DNA of 64,000 bases from Candidatus Saccharimonadia bacterium (GTDB taxonomy: Bacteria; Patescibacteriota; Saccharimonadia; UBA4664), in assembly GCA_036488585.1 (NCBI GenBank), contig DASXHH010000009.1, forward strand, positions 64,399 to 128,398, read 5' to 3'. The notes beneath the pieces are model-generated. The model was not told the origin of the DNA, ran no database searches, and was given only the letters and a program-made list of their open reading frames with translations. This document shows positions 18,281 to 29,286 of the stretch, one piece after another. Numbering within the stretch: the stretch's first letter is position 1; each line of letters begins with the position of its first letter. The translations under genes and the position numbers were made by a program.

Positions 18281-18523
18281 ATGAGCAGTACTACCGAACA
18301 CGAAAAAATCCGCTCGAGGGACAGCGAAAATGCCCGACGGCTACTAAACAGCGCCGCCGACACGACTTGGCGGATGTTCGTGCCGGCGTTAATTTTGGTG
18401 CCAGCCGGCATTTTCTGTGACCTGAAGTTCCACACCAAGCCGTGGCTAACCGTCATGGCGGCGGTAGTTGGGCTGGCGATTTCGGTGTGGCTAGTGGCCA
18501 GACAGCTGCGAGGCGACGAATGA
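18281..18523 (+). CDS. atpZ: AtpZ/AtpI-family small membrane protein of the ATP synthase operon
   Basis: 80 aa with two TM helices. Sits immediately upstream of atpB and overlaps it (ATGA). Confidence 0.5.
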   Translation: MSSTTEHEKIRSRDSENARRLLNSAADTTWRMFVPALILVPAGIFCDLKFHTKPWLTVMAAVVGLAISVWLVARQLRGDE

Positions 18524-19323
18524 TGCTACTAGCAACAGCCGTGTTAAACGTGAGCGTGGGCGCGGAGCACGTGCTCAATCTGGGCCCCATCCAAATCAAC
18601 AACTCCCAGATGCTTGGCCTGGTCGGCTGGGCCCTGACGTTTTGGTTACTTGTGCGGACGGTGCGGCGGGTGCGGACCAAGCGGTATGACCGTCTGACGA
18701 CGGCCGTACTGTGGGCCTACGAGTACCTGCTCGACACCACCACGGAAGTGCTCGGCAGCCGGGAGCGGGCTCAGAAGCTGGCGCCGATCGCCATCTCCAT
18801 GTTCTTCTTTATTATTGTGAACAACTGGCTGGAAGTTCTGCCGATCCTGGGTCCGGTAACTTGGCACGGTACGCAACTGTTTAGAGGGCTGTCGGCCGAC
18901 ATGAACTTCACCTTTGCGCTGGCCGTGATAACGTTTGCGACCGCGCACATCTGGGCCATTCGTGACCGTGGCTTTATCGGCAACATGAAGCGTTACGTAC
19001 ACAATCCGTTGAAAGATCCGGTGCATGCATTTGAAGGATTTTTGGAGATTGTGGCCGAAATTTCGCGTTTTTTGGCGCTAAGCTTACGGTTGTTTGGCAA
19101 CATCTTCGGTGGCGAGGTGCTGCTCTTGGTGATCTCGTTTATTACCGTGTACGCGTCAGTGCTAGCGCTGCCGCCGTTCCTGCTGTTCGAGATTTTTATC
19201 GGGCTGATCCAAGCCTACATTTTCTTCATGCTGACGATCGTATTTGTGTCACTGGGCACCGTCAGCGATACCGCGCCTGCTTCTCCTGAGACTGAAAGTC
19301 TGGAGCTGGAAGCAGCCACGTAA
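18520..19323 (+). CDS. atpB: F0F1 ATP synthase subunit a
   Basis: Conserved LSLRLFGNIFGGE motif with the essential Arg, in a polytopic membrane protein. Start taken at the ATGATG overlapping the atpZ stop; the ORF track has 18442. Confidence 0.85.
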   Translation: MMLLATAVLNVSVGAEHVLNLGPIQINNSQMLGLVGWALTFWLLVRTVRRVRTKRYDRLTTAVLWAYEYLLDTTTEVLGSRERAQKLAPIAISMFFFIIVNNWLEVLPILGPVTWHGTQLFRGLSADMNFTFALAVITFATAHIWAIRDRGFIGNMKRYVHNPLKDPVHAFEGFLEIVAEISRFLALSLRLFGNIFGGEVLLLVISFITVYASVLALPPFLLFEIFIGLIQAYIFFMLTIVFVSLGTVSDTAPASPETESLELEAAT

Positions 19324-19357
19324 CAAGTTAACTAATAAATAAGGAAGAAATAACAAA

Positions 19358-19573
19358 ATGGAGAATCTAGCATTCGGTTTAACCTACTCCGTAGCCGGCG
19401 GTCTGGCAGCTGTAGGTGTCGGCCTGGTAGGCGCGGCGGCAGTGTCGGCCGTGGGTCGCAACCCAGACGCTCTCGGTACCATCCGTACCATGATGATCCT
19501 GGCTATGTCGTTTGTGGACGCACTGGGTATCATTGGCCTGGTGGTGGCGCTCATTATTAAATTCATGAAATAA
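19358..19573 (+). CDS. atpE: F0F1 ATP synthase subunit c
   Basis: 71-aa hairpin proteolipid with GRNPDA loop and conserved carboxylate in helix 2 (…SFVDALGIIGLV…). Confidence 0.9.
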   Translation: MENLAFGLTYSVAGGLAAVGVGLVGAAAVSAVGRNPDALGTIRTMMILAMSFVDALGIIGLVVALIIKFMK

Positions 19574-19583
19574 AGGAACGTTT

Positions 19584-20108
19584 GTGACGTTATTTTTGGC
19601 AGTGACATCGGGAACAGGTGGGCTAGTGACGGCTCTGGGTTTGAATTTGCAAACCTTTACCCTGGACTTGATCGCGTTTTTGGTAACAGCCGGAGTGGTG
19701 GGCAAATGGGTGTTCCCGCCGCTGACGCGCGCACTGGACGCCAAGAAGGACGAGCTCGAGGCCACCGCTAAGCACGAGCTGGACGCCAAGAAGGCGCTGG
19801 AGCAGGCCGAGAAGTCGGCGGCCCAGACGCTAGTGAAGGCGCGGGAATCGGCCGACGAGATTATCGCCGGCGCCCACGCTGATGCTGCGGCGCAGATCGA
19901 AGCCGCGCGAGTGAAGGCCGAGGCACAGACCGAACGAATGATTAGCGAGGCTCGGGAACAACTGGCGCGAGACGTACAGCAGGCCCGAGGTGAACTGAAG
20001 TCCGAGACGGCCAAGTTGGTCGCCGGCGCCGCCGAGAACCTGCTCGGCGAGAAGCTGGACCCGCAGCACGACGCCGCTTTGATTGGCCGTAGCCTGGAGG
20101 CCGAATAG
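19584..20108 (+). CDS. atpF: F0F1 ATP synthase subunit b
   Basis: GTG start with AAGGAA Shine-Dalgarno. One N-terminal TM helix and a long Ala/Glu/Lys-rich helix. Lies between atpE and atpH. Confidence 0.8.
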   Translation: MTLFLAVTSGTGGLVTALGLNLQTFTLDLIAFLVTAGVVGKWVFPPLTRALDAKKDELEATAKHELDAKKALEQAEKSAAQTLVKARESADEIIAGAHADAAAQIEAARVKAEAQTERMISEAREQLARDVQQARGELKSETAKLVAGAAENLLGEKLDPQHDAALIGRSLEAE

Positions 20109-20111
20109 TCC

Positions 20112-20501
20112 ATGGTTTCACGAGTGCAGGTGGCTGAATACGTGGCTGATAAGCTGACCTCGGGACGCCGGGAGGCTTTGCGGGAGGCGGCGGCCTGGCT
20201 GGTGGCTCACGGCAAGGCCCGGCAGGCGCGATATTTGGCCCGAGATGTGGCACAAGTACTGGCCGATAGGGGCTACGTATATGCCCAGGTGACCACCGCG
20301 CGGCCGCTCACCAACCGGGCCCGCGACGAGGTGGAGGACTTCATACGCACCCACACCGGCGCACGGGAGCTGGAGTTGGTGACCGAAGTGGATCCGGATG
20401 TAATCGGCGGCACCAGGATCGAATTGCCGGATGCCGAATTAGACAGCACTGTGCGCACGAAATTAAGACGGTTTATTGAAAGTGTGGGGAGAGACAAATG
20501 A
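20112..20501 (+). CDS. atpH: F0F1 ATP synthase subunit delta (OSCP), unusually short (129 aa)
   Basis: The C-terminal part [32 protein letters not shown] matches the OSCP C-domain. The N-terminal domain is reduced to about 60 aa. Position between atpF and atpA. Confidence 0.65.
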   Translation: MVSRVQVAEYVADKLTSGRREALREAAAWLVAHGKARQARYLARDVAQVLADRGYVYAQVTTARPLTNRARDEVEDFIRTHTGARELELVTEVDPDVIGGTRIELPDAELDSTVRTKLRRFIESVGRDK

Positions 20502-22036
20502 GTGACCTGAACGTAAAAGAATTAAGCCGCGAACTGGAAGACGCGATTGGCGGCCTGAAGGCCACCGAGAGTCTGGCCCAAACGGGCGTCGTGACCCGCG
20601 TAAGTGACGGCGTGGCATGGATTTATGGCTTGCGCGAGGCTGGATTTAGCGAGGTGCTAGAGGTGGAGGCCGAAGGTGACGTGCCGGCCCAGGCGTTTGC
20701 GCTTAACCTGCTCGAGGACGAGTTGGGAGCGGTGCTCTTGGACAAAGAGACCGAAGTGCGAGCCGGCGCCAAGGTGCGCATGACTGGCCGTACGCTATCG
20801 GTGCCGGTGGGACCAGAGCTGCTAGGTCGGGTGGTGGACCCGCTGGGCCGGCCGCTCGATGGCCGAGGCCCGATTAAGACCAAGGCCACCGGCACGATTG
20901 AGCGAACCGCGCCGGGCGTGATGGACCGCAAGAGCGTGCACGAACCACTCCAGACCGGCATTGTGGCGATCGACGCTATGATTCCGATTGGTCGGGGCCA
21001 ACGCGAGCTACTCATCGGCGATCGTCAAACCGGCAAGACCGCCATTTTGATCGACACCATGATTAACCAGGCCCGGCAGAAGACCGGGGTAGTGAACGTG
21101 TACGTGGCGATCGGCCAGAAGTCGAGCAAGGTGGCGGCCTTGGTCCAGCGCCTAAAAGATGAGGGTGTAATGGACCAAACCATCGTGGTGGCCACCTCCC
21201 CCGCTGACCCGGCCGCCCTCTTGTATCTGGCACCTTACGCCGGCACCGCCATGGGCGAGTACTTCCGCGACAACAAACAGCACGCCCTCATTATGTACGA
21301 CGACCTCTCGAAGCACGCGGTGGCCTACCGCCAGATGTCGCTGCTGTTGCGCCGGCCTCCGGGCCGCGAAGCCTACCCGGGCGATGTGTTTTACTTGCAC
21401 TCGCGACTACTGGAGCGGGCGGCGAAGCTCAGCGATGAGCTGGGGGCGGGTTCGCTGACGGCACTGCCGGTAATTGAGACACAGGCCGGCGACATTTCGG
21501 CCTACATCCCCACCAACGTCATTTCTATTACCGATGGCCAGATCTTCATGGAGACCAACCTGTTTTACCAGGGTATCCGGCCGGCCATTTCGGTGGGATT
21601 GTCGGTGAGTCGCGTGGGTGGCTCGGCCCAGACCAAGGCTATTAAGAGCGTGGCGGGAAGCCTGCGCGTGGAGCTGGCACAGTTTAGAGAGCTGGCCGCG
21701 TTCTCGCAGTTTGCCAGTGATCTCGACGACGACACCAAGCGCCGAATTTCGCGAGGCCGATTGCTCACCGAGGTACTAAAACAGAAGCAATACTCACCCT
21801 ACAGCGTGGCCGAGCAGGCCATAATTTTGAATGCGGCCACCGGCGGAGCGTTCGATCACATTATGAATCACAACGTGGAGCAGGCGGTGCGCGATCTGCT
21901 TACGCGCATGAAGAAGCATCACGAAGCGCTAGTGAAGAAGTTAGACGAAGGCACCAAGCCCAGCGACGACGAGGTGAAGACGATCGTGGAAGAGGCTAAA
22001 AAAGTTGCCGACACCTTCAAGAAAGTGGAAGCGTAG
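20498..22036 (+). CDS. atpA: F0F1 ATP synthase subunit alpha
   Basis: 512 aa with Walker A GDRQTGKT and collinear with AtpA. Confidence 0.95.
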   Translation: MSDLNVKELSRELEDAIGGLKATESLAQTGVVTRVSDGVAWIYGLREAGFSEVLEVEAEGDVPAQAFALNLLEDELGAVLLDKETEVRAGAKVRMTGRTLSVPVGPELLGRVVDPLGRPLDGRGPIKTKATGTIERTAPGVMDRKSVHEPLQTGIVAIDAMIPIGRGQRELLIGDRQTGKTAILIDTMINQARQKTGVVNVYVAIGQKSSKVAALVQRLKDEGVMDQTIVVATSPADPAALLYLAPYAGTAMGEYFRDNKQHALIMYDDLSKHAVAYRQMSLLLRRPPGREAYPGDVFYLHSRLLERAAKLSDELGAGSLTALPVIETQAGDISAYIPTNVISITDGQIFMETNLFYQGIRPAISVGLSVSRVGGSAQTKAIKSVAGSLRVELAQFRELAAFSQFASDLDDDTKRRISRGRLLTEVLKQKQYSPYSVAEQAIILNAATGGAFDHIMNHNVEQAVRDLLTRMKKHHEALVKKLDEGTKPSDDEVKTIVEEAKKVADTFKKVEA

Positions 22037-22042
22037 TAAATA

Positions 22043-22894
22043 ATGGCAGCACTGCAGGGTATTAAGCGCAGAATCCGCTCAGTGAGCGGCATTCACCAGA
22101 TCACTAAGGCGCAGCAGCTGGTGGCGGCGAGCAAGCTCAGGCGCGTGCAGACCGCCGCATTGGCGCCGCAGGCCTACACGCAGGCAGCCGGCGAGCTTTT
22201 GGAGAGGCTATCTCGCAGCCCCGAGGTCCGCAAGCATCCGTTGTTCCAGGAACGCAAGGTTAATAAAGCCTTAACGATCGTGATTGCCGGTGACCGCGGC
22301 ATGGCCGGCGCCTACAACTCGAACGTTCTGCGGGCTCTTGGCCGACATGTCCACGAACTGGGGGTGCCACAGGAGGCCATCTGCGTGGGCCGGCGGGCCT
22401 CAATGAATGTGTCGCACGCGCGGGACGTGGACGAAATTGCTTCATACGAAATCTCGAATCCAGAACCCGACATAGCCGTGGTCCAACCAGTGCTGCATAC
22501 CATTATCGACCGCTTTTTGACGCACCAGGTCGACGTAGTGAACGTTATTTACACTCGGTTTGTGTCAACGGTGAAGCAAGAGGTGAGGGTGGAGCAGCTA
22601 CTGCCAATCGTGCGGCCGGAGGGTAAGGCGGTGGCGAGTGAATTTGAGCCGGAGCCGGAGGAGCTGGTGGACGTGGCAGTGCGCCGGGTGCTAGAGGCTA
22701 AGGTGCTACAGGCTGTTTTGGAGGCCAGGGCCAGCGAGGAAGCGGCGCGGATGATGGCAATGATGAACGCCACCGATAACGCCGGCGAGCTCATCGGCGA
22801 CCTCACACTGGCCTATAACAATGCCCGCCAGGCTAACATTACCCAAGAACTTGCAGAAATTTCGGGCGGGGCGGAAGCGATTACGGCGCAATGA
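22043..22894 (+). CDS. atpG: F0F1 ATP synthase subunit gamma
   Basis: 283 aa with a conserved N-terminal coiled helix and C-terminal ...ITQELAEISGGAEA. Confidence 0.9.
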   Translation: MAALQGIKRRIRSVSGIHQITKAQQLVAASKLRRVQTAALAPQAYTQAAGELLERLSRSPEVRKHPLFQERKVNKALTIVIAGDRGMAGAYNSNVLRALGRHVHELGVPQEAICVGRRASMNVSHARDVDEIASYEISNPEPDIAVVQPVLHTIIDRFLTHQVDVVNVIYTRFVSTVKQEVRVEQLLPIVRPEGKAVASEFEPEPEELVDVAVRRVLEAKVLQAVLEARASEEAARMMAMMNATDNAGELIGDLTLAYNNARQANITQELAEISGGAEAITAQ

Positions 22895-22903
22895 TAAGGA
22901 TAA

Positions 22904-24324
<1,421 letters not shown>

Positions 24325-24325
<1 letters not shown>

Positions 24326-24735
24326 TGCGGTTTGAGCTGCTCACGTTAACCGGCACCAAGTTTAACGGCGATGCGACGCAGGTTACGCTACGAACTACCG
24401 ATGGCGACATTGGCATTTTACCCAACCACGAGCCACTGACCGCCGCTGTAGCGCCAGGACCGGTGACGGTCTACAAGCAGGGGGGGCAAAGTGAGGCGTT
24501 CGCAGTGTTTGGCGGCCTACTAGAGGTGAGCGCCGAGCGGGTGCGACTGCTGGCCGACGAGGCCGAACACGCCGAGGAATTGATTGCGAATCAGATTGAG
24601 GCAGCACTCAAGCACGCCGAGGACCTAAAGGCCGCAGCCAAAGACAAGGTGGAGCTGGCGCGGGCACAAGAGCTCGTGGACCGCGAAGTGGTACGGCTAG
24701 GTGTGGCCAAGATGCGCCGTCGCCACCAGCGGTAG
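24325..24735 (+). CDS. atpC: F0F1 ATP synthase subunit epsilon
   Basis: 136 aa beta-sandwich plus helical hairpin. Start overlaps the atpD stop (TAATG). Confidence 0.85.
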
Positions 24736-24755
24736 GCGCAAATTTACGGAGGCGG

Positions 24756-26432
24756 CTAAAAATGGTCGCGGATATGGGACATGGTCCAATCCCAGTCGGC
24801 GTTGGCTTTCTTATGGGGGTTGAAGATACCCTGAGGATCAAAGATATGCTTAAGATCACGGAAGTAGCCATAAATTTCTCCGCCGTACGCGCGCTCGAGC
24901 CAGGGGCCGCGAATGGCGCCGTCGTTGTGTTCGCCTGAGAGGACGCCGTGGTATTTAAGCACGAGCTCGTTGGTCTCGGTCATGGCCGGGCGGAGTTTGG
25001 CGCGCTCATCTCTTTCCTCGAGTTTCATGAGCGGAATGATGTGGAAGTTGCCGTCGCCCATGTGGCCGGCAATGGTAGCAAAGAGCTGGTATTTTTTAAT
25101 GATTTTGCGCATTTTAGGCAAAAACTCTGGCAAATACTGGGGCGGAACTACCAAGTCGTCGATGAAGGGCGCCGTGTGCTTGTCTTTCACTTTTTTGCGC
25201 AGGAGCTGGAATGACTGACGGCGCATAAGCCAATACTTTTCGGAGGAAGCTTCAGAAGGGTCCTCCTCTTCGGCCGTGATTTCATAGTAGCTGTGCTTAA
25301 TGTCCAGGTCTTTGTGTAGAGCCTTGATCTTAGACTTAACTTCATCGACAGTCTCGCCGTTGAATTCGACCATGAGAATGAGCTTCGGAATACCATGAAG
25401 TAGCATGAACCCGTCGGGGATGAGGCTAATAAGCAATTTGATAAAGCGCCAGGGCCCAAGCATCTTGAGGAACGACGGCATAAAGCGGATCGATAGCCAG
25501 AGCGTAACATCGTCGAATGATTCGAAGGTGGCAGGCTTGTACTCGAGCACTTTGTTGATGACGTCGCCGAGGTGGTCAATGTCTTTTAAGAACACCACCA
25601 GCAGGCCGGAATGGGCTCTGGCCGGCACCAGCTTGAACTTGATGTCGGTGACGAAGCCGAGTGTGCCTTGGGCGCCGATTACGGCCTGGGATAGGTTAAA
25701 AATGCCGGTTTCGCGATCCCAAATGTCCCACAATTTATAGCCGGTGGAGTTTTTAGTGACATGAGGTTTGGCCTGCTTGATCACGTCATAATGACGGTCG
25801 ACGAGGGCGTAGGTTTTGCGATAAATTTCGCCTTCGAAGTCCTGCTGCTTCATTTTGGCTTGGAGCTGGCTACGGGTAATGGGGCCCATTTTGACTTTGC
25901 TGCCGTCGGCTAGTACCACTTCAATTTCGTTTACAAAGTTTTCGGTTTTGCCGAATTCGAGCGATTTTTCGCCGCCGGAATTGTTGTTAACCATGCCTCC
26001 AATGGTGCAAAGATCACGGGACGCCGGGTATGAGGGCATGAGGGCGCGATGCTTGAGTGTTTCTTTCTCGAAGTCGCGGTAGAAGACGCCAGGTTGGGCA
26101 TGGGCTTCGGTGCTCGTAACCTGGTAGATGGTTTTGAAGTACTTATTAAAATCGGCCACGATCGAGTCGTTGACGGCTCCGCCAGACATGTCGGTGCCGG
26201 CGCTGCGGGCGGTAACGGACAGCTCGGGGTCGTCTTTTTTATGCTCGGCTACGTATTTCACCAAAGCCTGCACGTCGCCTGAGTCCTTGGGATAGACCAC
26301 CACCGCCGGTTTGACCTCGAACAGGCTGGCGTCGTGGCTGTAAAACTCACGGGTAAGATCGGTGGCGTCGACATCACCCTTGAGGGTTTGCTGGAGGTCG
26401 AGCTGAAGGTTCGCGGTGGTCTTGGTTGTCAT
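24756..26432 (-). CDS. FAD-binding oxidoreductase (FAD-linked oxidase, GlcD/D-lactate dehydrogenase-like)
   Basis: 558 aa with an N-terminal FAD_binding_4 region (RSAGTDMSGGA) and a C-terminal FAD-oxidase domain. Confidence 0.7.
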   Translation of the reverse strand: MTTKTTANLQLDLQQTLKGDVDATDLTREFYSHDASLFEVKPAVVVYPKDSGDVQALVKYVAEHKKDDPELSVTARSAGTDMSGGAVNDSIVADFNKYFKTIYQVTSTEAHAQPGVFYRDFEKETLKHRALMPSYPASRDLCTIGGMVNNNSGGEKSLEFGKTENFVNEIEVVLADGSKVKMGPITRSQLQAKMKQQDFEGEIYRKTYALVDRHYDVIKQAKPHVTKNSTGYKLWDIWDRETGIFNLSQAVIGAQGTLGFVTDIKFKLVPARAHSGLLVVFLKDIDHLGDVINKVLEYKPATFESFDDVTLWLSIRFMPSFLKMLGPWRFIKLLISLIPDGFMLLHGIPKLILMVEFNGETVDEVKSKIKALHKDLDIKHSYYEITAEEEDPSEASSEKYWLMRRQSFQLLRKKVKDKHTAPFIDDLVVPPQYLPEFLPKMRKIIKKYQLFATIAGHMGDGNFHIIPLMKLEERDERAKLRPAMTETNELVLKYHGVLSGEHNDGAIRGPWLERAYGGEIYGYFRDLKHIFDPQGIFNPHKKANADWDWTMSHIRDHF

Positions 26433-26488
26433 ACCATAAGCATAATGCTAATCTGGCCATAACTGCAAACTTTCGCAACTATACACAA

Positions 26489-26512
26489 GAAGGCCGGCAT
26501 GAGCCGGCCTTC
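26489..26512 (-). terminator. Hairpin terminator downstream of the 26529-27071 gene
   Basis: gaaggccggc-atga-gccggccttc perfect 10-bp stem with T-rich flanks on both strands. Confidence 0.5.
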
Positions 26513-26528
26513 AATATTGGTTTTGGAT

Positions 26529-27071
26529 TTAGGCTGAGGGCGAGGTGCTGGCGCTAGGGCTCGGTGACGGGCTCGAGCTGGGGGCGCTGCCGTTGCCTGC
26601 TGCATCGTGGCGCCCACCTAGGCCCATACCACGCATCGTACGTGCCCCGAGCAGCCAGTGGGCGGGCAGGTTGTTTTGCTTCGACCAGGTATTGGCCTCG
26701 GTGCGTACCTGCTGGAGGGCGGTGCGGCGGTCGGTGCCGGTCTTGCCTTGGGCGGCGGCGAGTTCGCTCCCGAGTTTGTTGTGTTCGGTGAGGATAGCAT
26801 CTTTCTGGGCGCTGGTGAGCTTGCCCTGGCTGACCGCGTCAGTCAGCATCTGCTCGTACTTGGTCTCGGCTTGAGACTGCTGGTCGGTGCGGTATTGATC
26901 GATCACCGACTGCACCTTGGATTGGTCGAGACCAAAGGCGCTAGAGATGCGCTGAGCCAGTGTTTGGCCCGAGCCGCTAGAGCTAGCAGCCGAGACTTGG
27001 CTGACGCCGACAGCGCCGGCAGTTAGAACGGCCACCGCCGCCATTGGTATTAGAATTTTCTTGGTAATCAT
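26529..27071 (-). CDS. Secreted protein with LTXXQ-like motifs (Spy/CpxP-like?) and Ser/Pro-rich tail
   Basis: Start moved to the ATG at 27071, preceded by AAGGA. Signal peptide MITKKILIPMAAVAVLTAGAVGVSQVSA, helical region with LTSAQKDAILTEHNKL, and a low-complexity C-terminus. Confidence 0.35.
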   Translation of the reverse strand: MITKKILIPMAAVAVLTAGAVGVSQVSAASSSGSGQTLAQRISSAFGLDQSKVQSVIDQYRTDQQSQAETKYEQMLTDAVSQGKLTSAQKDAILTEHNKLGSELAAAQGKTGTDRRTALQQVRTEANTWSKQNNLPAHWLLGARTMRGMGLGGRHDAAGNGSAPSSSPSPSPSASTSPSA

Positions 27072-27106
27072 GGTGGTATATCCTTGCTTAATCCATGGGA
27101 ACATGC

Positions 27107-27493
27107 CTAACCTACCACCCGTTCCTGATAGAAAGCTTTGAGCCACTTTTCGGCTGACCCCAGGTTGCTGAAGTAGCGAACGTTACTGCGCCCGATGGCC
27201 CGAAGCATGAGGTTGGTGCCATAGCGCATCGGCCAGGAGCCGTCCCCCACCATGGCGGCGCGGTCGTAATCGAGGGATCTGGCGAGGCGGGCAACTTCGG
27301 CCCGAGCCTCTGAGGTGGTGCGTCCGAGCTGGATCAGATTGTCGAGGATTAACACCGGCCGGCTTTCAGTACGCAGCTGGCGTACGTAAAAACCTAGCTT
27401 CTCCCCCATTTCGCGCACCGACTCCCTGGTTTGGGGGCCGATTACGAGAATCTGGAGCAAGCCACCTGAATCTACGAATACTTTATTAACCAT
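27107..27493 (-). CDS. STAS/SEC14-like (SpoIIAA-like) domain protein
   Basis: Start set to the ATG at 27493; the longer upstream ORF is Cys/Ser-rich and looks spurious. 128-aa product ending ...RYFSNLGSAEKWL. Confidence 0.4.
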   Translation of the reverse strand: MVNKVFVDSGGLLQILVIGPQTRESVREMGEKLGFYVRQLRTESRPVLILDNLIQLGRTTSEARAEVARLARSLDYDRAAMVGDGSWPMRYGTNLMLRAIGRSNVRYFSNLGSAEKWLKAFYQERVVG

Positions 27494-27551
27494 ATCCCGA
27501 TCTGCCTTATGTGCAGTATTATAGAGAATAATCTGATCTGCCGTGGGGCAA

Positions 27552-27824
27552 ATGACCGAGAAAGACGAAATCACACAGTTACACAACGCTTTGATGCCGG
27601 TCTTGGCGCAGGCCTCGATCGGTGCTTTTGATAACGAGATTGCGATTGATCCCAGGAACTCTCGGCGAGTGAACGAGCTACTGATGGGCGTAGAGGTACT
27701 GCTCGAGGTAATTCGCCAGAAAGATAGTGAGCTCATGAAATTGCGGGCGGAACAGCCGGCGGCGGTGCAGCACACAGCTACTACCAGCCTGCTCGACGAA
27801 ATACTAAAGCAGCCGCCGGAGTAG
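27552..27824 (+). CDS. Hypothetical small protein (possible)
   Basis: Only ORF filling the 330-nt gap. Helical, charged sequence with a weak Shine-Dalgarno and no family recognised. Confidence 0.25.
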   Translation: MTEKDEITQLHNALMPVLAQASIGAFDNEIAIDPRNSRRVNELLMGVEVLLEVIRQKDSELMKLRAEQPAAVQHTATTSLLDEILKQPPE

Positions 27825-27825
27825 C

Positions 27826-28092
27826 TTAACCGATCGTGAAGCCGCGATGGCCAGCGGGTCGGTGCACGGTGTAGACCACAGCCTCAACATGGGCATGGGG
27901 TGAACCATTGTGACACCAGGCTAGGAACTGCTCCAGCGCCGGCTGTGGTCCTTCGATTTCAATGTGAACCGAACCGTCAGGCTGGTTGCGCGCGAAGCCA
28001 GCCAGGCCGAGGCTACTCGCGGTGCGGCGGGCGGTGTCACGGAAAAACACGCCCTGGACACGGCCGGTCACTGTGATGCAGAGGCGTTTCAT
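27826..28092 (-). CDS. acyP: Acylphosphatase
   Basis: 88 aa with the VTGRVQGVFFR signature. Confidence 0.8.
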   Translation of the reverse strand: MKRLCITVTGRVQGVFFRDTARRTASSLGLAGFARNQPDGSVHIEIEGPQPALEQFLAWCHNGSPHAHVEAVVYTVHRPAGHRGFTIG

Positions 28093-28153
28093 GCGTCTAT
28101 TTTATGCGCCTTTATACGTCAGCGGCCATTTCAAGCTATAATTAAGGGACTTT

Positions 28154-28891
28154 ATGTTAGCGCTAGGCTTTTCATTCCTAACTTTCATCTCCACGACGGT
28201 GGGCGGACTGTTCGCGCTCAAAAACCGCGATCGGCTGCACCGGATTCTGGGATTCACCGCCGGCGTGCTGCTGGGAGTAGTGGCGTTCGACATCCTGCCC
28301 GAAATATTCGACCTCACCAATATGATTCATGCTGACGTAATGGTGCCAATGATCGCACTGGTGAGCGGTTTCCTGTTGTTCCATATCGTAGAGAAGCTGC
28401 TAATTATTCACCACGAGCACGAAGACGAATACCAGGAGCATAAACACCCAAGCGTAGGGCTGATGTCGGCGTTGGCCTTGAGTGGCCACTCGTTTCTAGA
28501 TGGTGTGGGAATCGGGCTAGCGTTTCAGGTGGGCCGCGGCGTAGGTTTCGCGGTGGCGCTGGCAGTTTTGTCGCACGACTTCGCCGACGGGCTCAATACA
28601 GTCACGCTCATGCTTTCGAACAAAAACCATGTTCGCAAATCGGTAATGCTACTGGGACTGGATGCGTTGGCACCGGTGTTGGGCGTAATTTCGACCCTGT
28701 GGCTGAAACTCTCCGATTGGCAGCTGTTGATTTACCTGGGCTTCTTTGCGGGGTTTCTGCTTTACATAGGGGCGTCGAATATTTTGCCGGAGGCACACGC
28801 CAAGCATCCGTCACGGTTTACCATAATGCTGACTGTGGCCGGCGTGGTTTTTACGTTTGCAGCGCTCAGTTTTATCCGCAAACTCGGTTAA
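28154..28891 (+). CDS. ZIP family metal (Zn/Fe) transporter
   Basis: 245 aa with about 8 TM helices and the HSFLDGVGIG motif in TM4, plus a His-rich cytoplasmic loop (HHEHEDEYQEHKH). Confidence 0.8.
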   Translation: MLALGFSFLTFISTTVGGLFALKNRDRLHRILGFTAGVLLGVVAFDILPEIFDLTNMIHADVMVPMIALVSGFLLFHIVEKLLIIHHEHEDEYQEHKHPSVGLMSALALSGHSFLDGVGIGLAFQVGRGVGFAVALAVLSHDFADGLNTVTLMLSNKNHVRKSVMLLGLDALAPVLGVISTLWLKLSDWQLLIYLGFFAGFLLYIGASNILPEAHAKHPSRFTIMLTVAGVVFTFAALSFIRKLG

Positions 28892-28903
28892 AAATAGTGA
28901 TGT

Positions 28904-28960
28904 TTGACTAACTGCTGGCCCTGTAATATCATTCAACCAATTAGTTAAATGATATTACAG
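28904..28960 (+). promoter_or_regulatory. Promoter (TTGACT-17-TATCAT) overlapping a perfect 12-bp inverted repeat, likely ArsR operator
   Basis: -35 TTGACT at 28904-28909 and -10 TATCAT at 28927-28932. Inverted-repeat arms ctgtaatatcat at 28921-28932 and atgatattacag at 28949-28960 are separated by 16 nt and end 2 nt before the ArsR ATG at 28963. Confidence 0.45.
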
Positions 28961-28962
28961 AC

Positions 28963-29286
28963 ATGGAACAAGCACTTAACCTAGATAACATTTTTGGCTC
29001 GCTGGCCGACCCGACCCGCCGGGACATTCTGCGGCGAGTGGCGGTCGGTGAATTGACTGTCGGCGAAGTGGCGGCTCCCTACGACCTATCGCTGGCGGCA
29101 GTGTCGAAGCACCTGAAGATCTTGGAACGGGCGAAGCTCATAATTAAGCGGCGGCAAGGCAAGCAGCAGTATGTACAGATTACGCCGTACACGTTTAAGG
29201 ACGCGGCCGAGTACCTGGAATGGTACCGGGGCCTGTGGGAACAGCGGTTGGACGGGTTGGAAGAACTACTAAGAAAGGAGCCCTAA
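28963..29286 (+). CDS. ArsR/SmtB family transcriptional regulator (Cys-free, non-metal-sensing type)
   Basis: 107 aa winged HTH LTVGEVAAPYDLSLAAVSKHLKILERAKLI. It contains no Cys residues, so it is unlikely to be a classical metal sensor. Confidence 0.8.
   Translation: MEQALNLDNIFGSLADPTRRDILRRVAVGELTVGEVAAPYDLSLAAVSKHLKILERAKLIIKRRQGKQQYVQITPYTFKDAAEYLEWYRGLWEQRLDGLEELLRKEP

Noticed and set aside
19379-20113. 244-aa minus-strand ORF antisense to atpE/atpF
   Set aside because: It overlaps highly conserved ATP synthase genes and its translation is low-complexity Ala/Ser/Cys.
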